From assembly GCF_963921235.1 (NCBI RefSeq), contig NC_086097.1, positions 255,318,001 through 255,382,000 of the forward strand: DNA of 64,000 bases. The letters run 5' to 3'. This DNA is from Mobula hypostoma (lineage: Eukaryota). A program made the position numbers and the translations under genes. The notes under the pieces were generated by a model that searched no databases, had not been told where the DNA came from, and saw only the letters and a list, made by a program, of their open reading frames with translations. Within the stretch, counting starts at the first letter, position 1. Every line of letters starts with the position of its first letter. Below, piece after piece: positions 25,313 to 38,513 of the stretch.

Positions 25313-28300
25313 TATTGGAATATAAACAATTTTATTAAGAAAAAAAAGATCTACACCCACTACCAATGCCGAAGCTGTTTGGGAAAAAAAAAAGAAAAAA
25401 GAAATGTATCAGATAATAAAATATACTATTAACCACCTTCTGTACTTTAACAAGAAATCAAAGATTATGAAAATAATTTAAAAACAGCCCCCACAAGTTT
25501 TGAAAATCTTGGTTAGATTCAAAAGTTGAACAACGAATCTTTTCTAAATTTAGGCATGCTGTAACATTCCGTAACCACTGAGCATGATTAGGCAGAACAG
25601 CATCCTTCCATTTAAGCAAAAGTGCCCTCCTAGCCGTAAGAGAGATAAAAGCCAGTATGTGCAAATCAGATGTCTTCAAAATAATATCTTTCCTTCCAAC
25701 AATACCAAATAGGGTAGTCAAAGGATTAGGCTTAAAATTTACTTTAAAGAGTACAGAAAAAGTTTGAAATATTTCCTTCCAATATTTTCCAAGACTTGGA
25801 CAAGTCCAAAACATATGAATAAGTGAAGCTTCTCCATTGTTACATCTATCACAATAGAGAGATATATCCCTATAAAAACGAAATAATTTATCCTTGGTCA
25901 TATAAGCCCTATGAACCACTTGTAGGAGGGAATGACGAGCACATAGCGATGAAGTATTAACCAATTTAAAAATCTCATTCCAAGTTTCTTCAGAAATTGA
26001 GGTCCGTAAATCTTGTTCCCAAAGATTTTTAATCTTGTCTAAAGAATCATTTCTCATTCCCAACAACATATCATAAATATTGGATATTGAACCATTATAG
26101 AATAGTTTCATATTAAGAATTTCATCTAATATGTTCTTATCAGATCTATTGGGAAATGTATATAATTGAGATCGCAGAAAATCTCTAAATTTGTAAGTAC
26201 CGAAAAAAATGGGTTTTTGGTAAACTATATTTAGTTGGCAATTGTTCAAACGAAGAAAGATTTCTTCCCACAAACAGATCCCAGAGACGTGTAATGCCCA
26301 ATCCTTCCAAATGTTTAAAGACTACATCAGTCATAGAAGGCTTTAAAAAATTTTTTAAAAATAGGACTAGAAAGGGAGAATCTCAATAAACCAAAGTGTT
26401 TTCTAAATTGTATCCAAATCCTGAAAGTATGTTTGACTACCACATTTTCAGTTATCTTACTTAAGGATAAAGGAAGTGAAGATTCCAATAGGGATATAAT
26501 AGAAAACTGAGTTAGCTTCTAAAGAAACCCACCTGGGACAGTCCTCGTGATTATATAGTATAACCAAAACGTGAAATTCTGTATATTGGCTACCTAGTAA
26601 TAAAACCTAAAATTTGGTAAGGCTAAACCTCCATTCTTTTTAACTTTCTGGAGATGGACTTTATTCAGTCGAGGATGTTTATTTTTCCATATGTAGGAGG
26701 ATAAGAGAGAGTCTAGAGAGTCAAAAAAGATTTAGGAATAAAAATGTGTAATGCCTGAAAGAGGTATATGAATTTAGGTAAAACATTCATTTTAATAGAA
26801 TTAATTCGGCCAGTTAATTATAATGAAAGGGGCGGCCAATTTGATAATATTCTTTATATATAACTTAATAAAGTAAGAAAATTTTCTTTAAATAAGTATT
26901 TATAATTCTTAGTAGTTGTTACACCCAAATAAGTGAATTGGTTTCTTACGATTTTAAAAGGAAGGTTGCTATCAGTTAATGGCAAATTATTCAAAGGAAA
27001 AAGTTCACTCTTATGTAGGTTCAGTTTATATCCAGAAAATTGACTAAAGCAAGATAGTAAAGAAATCACAGAAGGTAATGAAGTTTCAACGTTAGAAATG
27101 TAAAGCAATAAATCATCCACATAAAGTGAAACTTTGTGGGTAGTACCCTTCCGTAAAATACCAGTGATATCGTTAGATTCTCGAAAAGCAATAGCTAAAG
27201 GTTCTAAAGTCAGGTCAAAGAGCAAAGGACTCAAAGGGCAACCTTGTCTGGCTCCACGTTGAAGTTTAAATGGTTTAGAATTCTGAGAGTTAGTAAGAAC
27301 CCGGGCAAAAGGGGATAAATACAGTAATTTAATCCATTGAATAAAGTTGGACCCAAAATTAAATTTTTCTAAAATTTTAAATAAATAATGCCATTCAACC
27401 CGATCAAAAGCCTTCTCAGTGTCTAAGGATATCACACACTCCGATATCTCTTTAGAAGGAAAATAAGTAACATTTAATAATTGGCGAATATTAAAATAAG
27501 AATATCGATTTTTAATAAAGCCAGTCTGATCGTCAGAAATGACAGATGGTAAGATATTTTCCATCTTACAGGACAGAACTTTAGATAAAATTTTAGCATC
27601 AACATTAAGTAGAGAAATTGGTCTATATGAAGAACGTTTAGTTGGATTCTTATTCTTTTTAAGGATAAGCAAAATAGAAGCTTCGTAAAAGGATTGCGGT
27701 AACCTACCTAACTTAAAAGAATCTGAAAAAAAATGAACATAAATGTAGTATGAGCAAGGAAGAAAAAGTCTTATAAAATTCTCCAGAAAATCCATCAGGA
27801 CCCGGAGCTTTCCCTGAATTCAAAGAACGTACAGCTTCGGCTACTTCTTCGTGAGAAATACATTGATCCAACTGTTTTCGGTCATCAACAGAAAGTGTAG
27901 GAATATTTATTTGGTCTAAAAAGTTATCTATTATGGTATTATCTTTAAGAAGATCAGAGCTATAAAGTTCAAAATAGTATTCTCTAAAAGTATCATTTAT
28001 TTCTAAATGATCAGTTGTCCTAGTACCGTTAGGTTTATAAATTTCTTTAATCTGTCATTTAGCACTAGAAATTTTAATTTGGTTAGCCAATAATTTACCT
28101 GTTTTATCCCCATGGATATAAAATTGACTTTTATCCTTTAAAAGTTGAGTTTCAATAGAGTATGCTAATAAAAAATCATATTTAGTTTTAATTTTAACCT
28201 GTCTTTTATATACAGCAGGATCTGAGTTCAAAGCATATTCTTCATCTAATTGTTTCAGCTGATTGGCTAAATTAATTCTCTCTTTATTAGCTTTTTTCTT

Positions 28301-29540
28301 AACACTTGCAGTATAAGAAATGATTTGTCCTCCAATATATGCTTTAAAGGCATCCCATATGACAAGGCTAGAAGTCTCCTCCACCGTATTCTCTTCAAAA
28401 AAAAGTGATTTGCCTTTCCAAAAACTTTTTAAAATCCTTGACAGATAACAGAGTTAAATTAAAACACCAGAATCTGTTTGTCTGAGGAAAACCAGGAAGA
28501 TTTATGGATAAAAGCACAGGAGCATGGTCAGAGATAGCAATCTCTTTATAATCACAAAATTGAACTAATGGAATCATTTGGTTATCAATAAAAAAGTAAT
28601 CAATTCTGGAATACATATGATGAACATGGGAGAAATATGAGTATTCTCTATCTGTTGGATATAAGAAACGCCATATATCAACAATATCATAATTCATTAA
28701 AAAAGAATGGATAAACGAAGCTGATTTATTAAGTGTCACTGGTTTAGAAGAGGACCGATCTAAGACTGGGTCTAACTAGCAATTAAAGTCTCCTGCCAAC
28801 ACCAATGAATACACACTCAGATCAGGCAAAAATGAAAAAAATCGCTCAAAGAATCCTGGATCATCTATATTTGGAGCATAAACATTGGCAAATACCAACA
28901 ATTTATCCTCTAGTTTCCCAGATACTATAACAAATCGTCCATTAGTATCAGAAACAACCTTGTGTTGAACAAAAGGAACTGTATTTTCTATAAAAATTGA
29001 GACACCTCTAGCTTTGGCCTGAAAACTTGAGGAGTGAAAGTGTAATCTCACCATCGGCTAAAAAGGCGTGAATTATCAGAATTACATACGTGTGTTTCTT
29101 GTAAGAAAACAATTGGGACCTTAAGTTTTTTAATATAGGCAAAAGTATTATTTCGTTTCACAGGATGATTTAATCCTTTCACGTTAATTTAGTATTATAA
29201 TTCATTTTATTATTTTAAAAATAAATTAAAAGGATAATCCTTAAAAAGATTAATAAAACTAAGCAATGACCTATGAAATGAGAAAACCAAACAACAGGTT
29301 TGGCTGTTAAACAGCTCTAACATGACACTTCTAAACTTAACAAAGTAATAGCACATTAAAGTTTTATTCTCAAAATAAATCCTTGAAAAGTCCAAAAGGA
29401 AAGAGTTAAGTACAAAGTTTAGCAAAGGTGAAATAAATAGTTATTCATGTAGCGGTCATTTTACTGACTCTAAATATTCCTGAGCCTGGAGACTGGAACG
29501 GAACCATTTTTGCGATCCAACTTGCAGTTTAATTTAAACG

Positions 29541-29930
29541 AAGATCTCGAGTTGCATCTCCAGTTCCCTAACATGGTCCCTAAGGAACTGCAGCTCGACA
29601 CACCTGGTGCGGATGTGGCCGTCCGGGAGACTGGGAGTCTCCTGGACCTCCCACATCTGACACCGAGCACAGAAAACCACCCTTACACACATTCTTCCAG
29701 TCAGTATTCTACTCAGGCAACCTACCTCGCCTCGACCTGTTAACGCCGAAGCCCCATTGAGCTGAAGCTTTCCTACTCTGTCTCCCTCTACTCTATCGCC
29801 TGCTCCTCCTGCACCCACTCTATAAGGCTGTCTCCTTATGAACTCTTCTCGCTGTTCTTACTAGCTGTCATCCATATACTTGCGCAGTCATGCCTTGATC
29901 AAACCTCTGAAGAAATAAGAATGGGACCCG
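29541..29930 (-). mobile_element. CR1 5' end/ORF1 Zn-finger fragment, duplicating 23240-23508
   Basis: ORF 29534-29818 CARCQMWEVQETPSLPDGHI..C is nearly identical to ORF 23130-23381. Confidence 0.8.
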
Positions 29931-30490
29931 CTCTCGGGGTTTCATAACCGACTGTTGTTGTTCGGCATACCAAGGGCTCAGCCTAAGAGTGCAGCTCATA
30001 TTTGGAAGCCGAGGATCTCGGGGCTCTGGAGACAGCCGTATTGAGGGTCGGTGTCATGGCAGGAGACCCATATGTCATCGGGGGAGTTGAAATATCTATG
30101 GCTGTGTGCCCAGAGACTCGAGATCTTTGAGGTATTCATGCACAGAACTTGGAAAAAGTGATGTAACGGACTTTTAGCATCATAAACCAGAGAGTTGTTT
30201 GTGATGTCTCCCCACTCGCTGGGAAAATGGAGACACCTCCTTTTCCCTTATTAGGGAGAGAGAGAGAGAGCCTGTAGTATGTCATATACTGGGTAAAACA
30301 CAAAGTCTTTGGGGTAACTGCAAGTCTGTGTCTTTGCTGTTGCTTTGCTCACACTTGAGTGCTTGGTGGCAGGTGCCGATGCTTTTTTTTGCTGGTGGGG
30401 GGGGGGGTTGTTGCTTGCTGCTGCTTACGCACGTAAGGGTGGGGAGCCTGGGCGGACTTTGGGGCTCTAACATTTAACTGTCTCTTATTC
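29930..30490. repeat. Unclassified interspersed repeat
   Basis: 30003-30055 (ggatctcgggctctggagacagccgtattgagggtcggtgtc) resembles window positions 16-58. Confidence 0.4.
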
Positions 30491-30492
30491 TT

Positions 30493-31817
30493 AAACACAA
30501 AATACTCTGCAGATGCTGGGGTCAAAGCAACACTCAGAACACGCTGGAGGAACTCAGCAGGTGGGCAGCATCAGTGGAAAAGATCGGTCGACGTGTCGGG
30601 CCGGAACCCTTCGTCAGGACTGTAGGGGGAAGGGGCAGAGGCCCTATAAAGAAGGTGGGGGGAGGGTGGGAAGGAGAAGGCTGGTAGGTTCCAGGAGAAA
30701 AACCAGTAAGGGGAAAGATAAAGGGGTGGGGGAGGGGAGGCAGGGAGGTGATAGACAGGAAAGGTGAAGAAAGAATAGGGGAAAACACAATGGGAAGGAG
30801 GCGGAACCAAGAGGGAGGTGATAGGCAGCTGGGGGAGGGGGCCGAGTGACATAGGGATAGGGGAAGGGAGGGGGAGGGAATTACTGGAAGTTGGAGAATT
30901 CTATGTTCATACCAAGGGGCTGGAGACTACCTAGATGGTATATGAGGTGTTGCTTCTCCAACCTGAGTTTAGCCTCATCATGGCAGTAGAGGAGGCCATG
31001 TATGGACATATCTGAATGGGAGTGGGAAGCAGAGTTGAAGTGGGTGGCTACTGGGAGATCCTGTCTGTTTTGGCGGACGGAGCGGAGGTGCTCGACGAAG
31101 CGGTCCCCCAATCTGCGTCAGGTTTCACCGATGTAGAGGAGGCCGCACCAGGAGCACCGGATGCAATAGATGACCCCAACAGACACACAAGTGAAGTGTT
31201 GTCTCACTTGGAAGGACTATTTGGGGCCGTGAATGGTGGCATGAGAGGAGGTGTAGGGACAGGTGTAGCACTTACGCTTACAGGGATAACTGCCAGGTGG
31301 GAGATCCGTGGGGAGGGACGTGTGGACCAGGGAGTCGCGGAGGGTCCGATCCCTGCGGAAAGCAGAGAGGGGTGGAGAGGGAAAGATGTGCTTATTGGTG
31401 GGGTCCTGTTGAAGGTGGCAGAAGTTGCAGAGGGTAATGTGCTGGATTCGCAACACACTGGAGGAGCTCAGCAGGTCGGGCAGCATCCATGGAAAAGATC
31501 GGTCGACGTTTTGGGCCGGAACCCTTCGTCAGGACTGTAGGGAGAAGGGGCAGAGGCCCTATAAAGAAGGTGGGGGGAGGGTGAGAAGGAGAAGGCTGGT
31601 AGGTTCCAGGTGAAAAACCAGTATGGGGAAAGATAAAGGGGTGGGGGAGGGGAGGCAGGGAGGTGATAGGTAGGAAATGTGAAGAAAGAGTAGGGAAAGT
31701 TCCTCCGCAACTTCCGCCACCTTCAACAGGACCCCACCAGTAAGCATATCTTTCTCTCGCCACCCCTCTCCACTTTCTGCAGGGATCGTTCCCTCCACGA
31801 CTCCCTGGTCCACATGT
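30493..31817 (-). mobile_element. Composite Penelope-like element: ORF end plus pLTR (30493-31450), second pLTR (31451-31700), inverted ORF piece (31701-31817)
   Basis: GIY-YIG ORF 30881-31111; two copies of the terminal repeat; 31701-31817 is the reverse complement of ~31315-31435. Confidence 0.85.
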
Positions 31818-34800
31818 CCCTCATCTCGGTCCTAAAAGGCTTCCCTTTTATCCTCAAACTGTGACCCCTCGTTCTGGGCTTTCCCAACATCAGGAACAAT
31901 CTTCCTACATCTAGCCTGTCCAATCCCTTTAGAATTTTATATGTTTCAATAAGATCCCCCCTCAATCTTCTAAATTCCAATGAGTATAGGCCTAGTCGAT
32001 CCAGACTTTCATCATATGAAAGTCCTGCCATCCCAGGAATCAATCTGGTGAACCTTCTTTGTACTCCCTCTATGGCAAGAATGTCTTTCCTCAGATTAGG
32101 GGACCAAAACTGCACACAATACTCCAGGTGTGGTCTCAACAAGACCTTGTACAACTGCAGTAGTACCTCCCTGCTCCTGTACTCGAATCCTCTTGCTATG
32201 AATGCCAGCATACCATTCGCTTTTTTCACCACCTGCTGTACCTGCATGCCCACTTTCAGTGACTGGTGTACAATGACACCTAGGTCTCATTGCACCTCCC
32301 CTTTTCCTAATCGGCCACCATTCAGATAATAATCTGTTTTCCTGTTCTTGCCACCAAAGTGGATAACCTCACATTTATCCACATTAAGTTGCATCTGCCA
32401 TGAATTTGCCCACTCACCTAACCTATCCAAGTCACCCTGCATCCTCTTAGCATCCTCCTCACAGCTAATACTGCCGCCCAGCTTCGTGTCATCTGCAAAC
32501 TTGGAGATGCTGCATTTAATTCCCTCGTCTAAGTCACTAATACATATTGTAAAACAACTGGGGTCCCAGCACTGAGCCTTGCGGTACCCCACTAGTCACT
32601 GCCTGCCATTCTGAAAAGTTCCCGTTTATTCCCACTCTTTACCTCCTGTCTGCCAACCAATTCTCTATCCACATCAATACCATACCCCCAATACCGTGTG
32701 CTTTAAGTTTGCACACTAATCTCCTGTGTGGGACCTTGTCAAAAGCCTTTTGAAAATCCAAATATACCACATCCACTGGTTCTCCCTTATCCACTCTATT
32801 AGTTACATCCTCAAAAATTTCTATGAGATTCGACAGACATGATTTTCCTTTCACAAATCCAAGCTGACTTTGTCCGATGATTTCACCGCTTTCCAAATGT
32901 GCTGTTATCACATCTTTGAAACTGACTCTAGCATTTTCCCCACCACCGATGTCAGGCTAACTGATCTATAATTCCCCAGATTCTCTCTCCCTCCTTTTTT
33001 AAAAAGTGGGGTTACATTAGCCACCCTCCAATCCTCAGGAGCTAGTCCAGAATCTAAAGAGTTTTGAAAAATTATCACTAATGCATCCACTATTTCTTGG
33101 GCTACTTCTTTAAGCACTCTGGGATGCAGACCATCTGGCCCCCGGGGATTTATCTGCCTTTAATCCCTTCAATTTACCTAACACCACTTCCCTACTAACA
33201 TATATTTCTCTCAGTTCCTCCATCTCACTGGACCCTCTGTCCCCTACTATTTCCGGAAGATTATTTATGTCCTCCTTAGTGAAGACAGAACCAAAGTAGT
33301 TATTCAATTGGTCTGCCATGTCCTTGTTCCCCATGATCAATTCACCTGTTTCTGACTGTAAGAGACAAACATTTGTCTTAACCAATTTTTTTTTTCACGT
33401 ATCTATAAAAGCTTTTACAGTCAGTTTTTATGTTCCCTGCCAGTTTTCTCTCATAATCTTTTTTCCCTTTCCTAATTAAGCCCTTTGTCCTCCTCTGCTG
33501 GTCTCTAAATTTCTCCCAGTCCTCAGGTGAGCCGCTTTTCTGGCTAATTTGTATGCTTCTTCTTTGGAATTGATACTATCCCTAATTTCCCTTGTCAGCC
33601 ACGGGTGCACTACCTTCCCTGATTTATTCTTTTGCCAAACTGGGATGAACAATTGTTGTAGTTCATCCATGCGATCTTTAAATGCTTGCCATTGCATATC
33701 CACTGTCAACCCTTTGCAGTCTATCTTAGCTAATTTACGTCTCATACCTTCAAGGTTACCCTTCTTTAAGTTCAGAACCTTTGTTAGATATGGCCCTTGT
33801 GGCTACAGGGGTCAGGGGGTAAGGAGGGAAGGCTGGGTTCTGAGTTGGATGATCAGCCATGATCATAATAAATGGTGGTGCAGGCTCGAAGGGCCGAATG
33901 GCCTACTCCTGCACCTATTTTCTATGTTTCTATGTTTCTATGAATTAACTATGTCACTCCATCTTAATGAAGAATTCCACCATATTATGGTCACTCTTAC
34001 CCAAGGGGCCTCTAACGACAAGATTGCTAATTAGCCTTCCTCATTACTCAATACCCAGTCTAGAATGGCCTGCTCTCTAGTTGGTTCCTCGACATGTTGG
34101 TTCAGGAAACCATCTCGCATACATTCCAAGAAATCCTCTTCCTCAGCACCCTTACAAATTTGGTTCACCCAATCTATATGTAGATTGAAGTCACCCATTA
34201 TAACTGCTGTTCCTTTGTTGCACGCATTTCTAATTTCCTGTTTAATACCATCCCCAACCTCACGACTACTGTTAGGTGGCTTGTACACAACTCCCACCAG
34301 CGTTTTCTGCCCCATATTGATTCCACATCCTCCCGGCGAATGTCCTTCCTTTCTATTGCGTTAATCTCCTCTCTAACCAGCAACGCCACCCCACCTCCTT
34401 TTCTTTCATGTCTATCCCTCCTGAATATCCAATATCCCTGAATGTTGAGCTCCCGTCCTTGGTCACCCTGGAGCCATGTCTCTGTGATCCCAACTATATC
34501 ATATTCATTAATAACAATCTGCACTTTTAATTCATCCACCTTGTTACGAATGCTCCTTGCACTGACACACAAAGCCTTCAGGCTTGCTTTTACAACACTC
34601 TTAGCCCTTATACAATTATGTTGAAAAGTGGCCATTTTTGATTTTTGCCCTGGATTTGCCAGCCTGCCACTTTTACTTACCTTACTACTTTTTGCTTCTA
34701 CCCTCATTTTACACCCTTCTGTCTCTTTGCACTTGTTCCTATCCCCCTGTTGTGAACTAACCTCCTCTCTCCTAGTGCCTTTAATTTGATTTCCAACCCC

Positions 34801-35005
34801 CAACCATTCTAGTTTAAAGTCATCTCAGTAGCCCTCACAAATCTGTCCACCAGGATATTGGCCCCCCTCGGATTCAAGTATAACCCATCCTTTTTGTACA
34901 GTTCACACCTGCTCCAAACGAGGTCCCAATGATCCAAAAACTTGAATCCCTGCCCCCTGCTCCAATCCTTCAGCCACACATTTATCCTCCACCTAATTGC
35001 ATTCC
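31818..35005 (-). mobile_element. CR1 ORF2 (endonuclease plus RT), frameshifted, same family as 41175/47500; contains a + strand 3' fragment at ~33785-33940
   Basis: ORFs 34198-34803 (ARSIRNK, ITETWL), 34031-34315 (GDFN), 32287-33385 (RT). Confidence 0.88.
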
Positions 35006-35480
35006 TACTCTCACTGTCCTACTCACCATATTAACTGTCCCACTCACCATACTAACTGCCCCACTTAACATGCATTCTGCCCTGGTCACGATAATAATTT
35101 TTTCACTTCATACTAACAGCCCATTCAACATACCAACTGCCCCACTCACCATACTAACTGCCACACATACATTACCATTGCCCCATTCACTACACTAACT
35201 GCCCCACTCCCTGCTAATTGCCCCTTTTACCATGCTAACTGTTCCACTCGTTATACTAACTGCCCAAATCAGCAGGCCAACTCAACATGCTAACAACCCC
35301 TCTCACCATACTAATTGCCCCAGTACATACTAACGGCCTGACTCACTATACAAACTGCCCCATTCACTATACTAACTGACCCACTCACTGTACTAACTAT
35401 CTCACTCACCATACTAACTGCCCCACTCACCGTACTGTCTCATTCACCGTAGTAACAGCCCCGCTCACCATACTAACTCG
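35005..35480. repeat. Degenerate ~21-bp minisatellite (ccccactcaccatactaactg)
   Basis: Tandem imperfect units visible directly. Confidence 0.85.
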
Positions 35481-37799
35481 TTGATTGGAGTACTACGCAG
35501 ACACAACAGAAGTGTTCCTGTCCATGAAGCTTTAAAAAGCCAGCCTCTATAAAGGACGGGTACCACCTAGCAGAGCAGTCTCCGTGGGAGCAGTCTCAGG
35601 TCAGGGGAGTAAGACTTTGGCTCAACAGGGCTTCAGTAAGAACAGGCAGAGGCAAGGTAAGTATGTAAGTTCATTCCTTAAATTTAAATCCCGAGAGAAC
35701 AGGGGGCATGTCTACAGACCCAGAGATCTGCTCTGGGTGTCACATGTGGGATTTCCAGGAGACTTCTAGTCTCCCTGATGGCCACATCTGCACCAGGATC
35801 ATCAAGATGCAGCTCCTTAGAGACTGAGTTAGGGAACTGGAGCTGCAGCTTGATGATCTTCAGCTTATTAGGGAAAGCGAAGAGGTGGTAGACAGGAGCT
35901 ACAAGGAGGTAGTCACCACAAGGCTGCAGGAGACAGATAAATGAGTGACTGTCAGGAGAGGGAAAGGAGAACTTCAGATGGTGGAGAACACCCCTGTGGT
36001 TGTCCCTCTCAACAATATGTACTCCATTTTGAGTGCTGTTGGGGGGCATGACCTACCTGGGGGAAGCAACAGCAGCCATGCCTCTGGTACTGAGTCCGTC
36101 CCTGTGGCTCAGAAGGGTAGGGAACTGAAAAGGATGGCAGTAGTAACAGGGGACTCTATAGTCAGGGGGACCGATAGGCGATTCTGTGGCACAAAAAGGA
36201 AACACAGATGGTAGTTTACCTCCCAGGTGCCAGGGTCCGCAATGTTTCCATACGTATCCATAATATCCTGAAAAGGGAGGATGAACAGTCAGAAGTCATG
36301 GTACATATTGGCACCAATGACATAGGTAGAAGAAGGGAGGAGGTCCTGATTAAAGAATACAAGGAGTTAGGAAGGAAGTTGAGAAGCAGGACCTCAATGG
36401 TAGTAATCTCGGGATTGCTGCCTGTGCCATGTGACAGTGAAGACAGGCATAGAATGAGGTGGTGGATAAATGCATGGCTGAAGAATTGGAGCAGGGGGCA
36501 GGGATTCAGATTTCTGGATAATTGGGACCACCTCTGGGACAGGTGTGACCTGTACAAAAGGGAGAAGTTGCACTTGAATCCAAGAGGGACTAATATTCTT
36601 GCGGGTAGATTTACTAGAGCTGTTGGGAGTGGTTTAAACGAATATGGCAGAGGGATGGGAACCAGGATGATAGAGCTGAGGATGAGCCAGCGGGTTTATG
36701 AGTAGATGATGGGTGTAACAAGAATGCAAGGAAGGACAAGCCAAAGATTATGTACAAATGCAGACAGAGCAAAGAGTTAAATTGTACCACAGAGGCAAAA
36801 TTCAAAAGGGCTAAGAATGCAAGACTGAAGGTGCTGTATTTAAATATGCGTAATATTTGGAATAAGGAGAACGATGGCACAATTAGAGATTGGTCAGTAT
36901 GATGTTGTCACTAAGTCGTGGCTGAAAGAAGGCCATAGTTGGGAGCTTAACATCAAAGGATATACTTTGAATCGAAAGGACAGGCAGGAAGGCATAGGCG
37001 GTGGTGTGGCTCTGTTGGTAAGAGATATAATTACATCTTTAGAAAGAGGTGCCACAAGGTCGGTGAATCTATGTCAGTGGAGTTAAGAAATTGCAAGTGT
37101 AAAAAAACCATTATGGGAATGGGAGCTGGAAAAGGCATGTAATAAGGGTAATGACACAATTGTAATGGAGAACTTCAATATGCAAAGGAATTGGGAAAAT
37201 CAGATTGGTGTCGGATCGCAAGAGAGGGAATTTGTTGAATGCCTGAGAAATGGCTTTTTATAGCAGCTTGTGCTTGAGCTTACATAGGGAAAGACTATCT
37301 TAGATTGGATGTTCTGTAATAACCCAGATCTTATTAAGGATCTTAATGTAAAGGAACTCTTGGGAGGCAGTGATCATAGTATGATTGAATTCATACTGGG
37401 GGAAGCATAAGTCAGATGTATCAGTATCGCAATGGAATAAAGGGGATTTCAGAGGCATGAGAGGGGAGCTTGCCCAGGGTGGATTGGAGGAGGATACTGG
37501 CAGGGACGACGGCAGAGCAGAGATAGCTGAGGTTTCTAGGAATAGTTCACAAGGCGCAGGATAGATATATCCCACAGAGGAAGAAGTTCTCAAATAGCAG
37601 GGATAGGCAACTGTGGCTGACAAGGGTAGTTAAGGACTGCATAAAAATCAAGAGCTTTTATAAGATAGCAAAAGTGAGTAGGAGGATGGATTTTAAAACG
37701 CAAACAACAGGAATTCTGCAGATGCTGGAAATTCAAGCAACACAAATCAAAGTTGCTAGTGAACGCAGCAGGCCAGGCAGCATCTCTAGGGAGAGGTAC

Positions 37800-37835
37800 A
37801 GTCGATGTTTCAGGCTGAGACCCTTCGTCAGGACT
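37800..37835 (-). ncRNA. Minimal hammerhead motif (ACAU variant)
   Basis: AGTC CTGACGA AGGGTCTCAGCCT GAAA CATC GACT. Confidence 0.7.
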
Positions 37836-38477
37836 AACTGAAGGAAGAGCTAGTAAGAGATTTGAAAGTGGGAGGGGGAGGGGGAGATCCAAAATGATAG
37901 GAGAAGACAGGAGGGGGAGGGATGGAGCCAAGAGCTGGACAGGTGATTGGCAAAGGGGATATGAGAGGATCATGGGACAGGAGGTCCGGGGAGAAAGACA
38001 AAGGGGGTGGTGGGGAACCCAGAGGATGGGCAAGGGGTATAGTCAGAGGGACAGAGGGAGAAAAAGGAGAGTGAGAGTAAGAATGTGTGTATAAAAATAA
38101 ATAATGGATGGGGTACAAGTGGGAGGTGGGGCATTAGTGGAAGTTAGAGAAGTCAGTGTTCTCTAACTTCCGCTAATGCCCCACCTCTCCCTCGTACCCT
38201 ATCCGTTATTTATTTTTATACACACATTCATTCTTTCTCTCTCTCTCTCCTTTTTCTCCCTCTGTCCCTCTGACTATACCCCTTGCCCATCTTCTGGGTT
38301 CCCCCTCCCACTTTTCCTGCTCCCTGGACCTCCTGTCCCATGATCCTCTCATATCCCCTTTGCCAATCACCTGCCCAGCTCTTGGCTCCCTCCCTCCCCC
38401 TCCTGTCTTCTCCTATCATTTTGGATCTCCCCCTCCCCCTCCCACTTTCAAATCTCTTACTAGCTCTTCCTTCAGTT

Positions 38478-38513
38478 AGTCCTGACGAAGGGTCTCAGCC
38501 TGAAACGTCGACT
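38478..38513 (+). ncRNA. Minimal type-I hammerhead ribozyme motif, intact core
   Basis: AGTC CTGACGA AGG gtctcag CCT GAAA CGTC GACT: stem I AGTC/GACT, core CUGANGA and GAAA, palindromic ACGU helix III, predicted cleavage after GUC (38509). Confidence 0.8.

Larger units (their letters stand above)
23509..29540 (-). mobile_element. L1/Tx1-type LINE, truncated in ORF1, interrupted by a Tigger element
   Basis: ORF1 C-terminus-like GSQKWFRSSLQAQEYL (~29460-29520); endonuclease ARGVSIFI..DTNGRFV..NVYAPN..GDFN..SDH; RT YRPISLLN, EKAFD, RQGCPLSP, YVDD (26854-27795); CCHC CDRC..HMFWTC (25458-26273); A-rich tail at ~23509. Confidence 0.9.

Noticed and set aside
35005..35480. CRISPR-like array or PLTILTA-repeat protein
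   Set aside because: Contiguous degenerate tandem units without unique spacers, in eukaryotic DNA; frames are broken.
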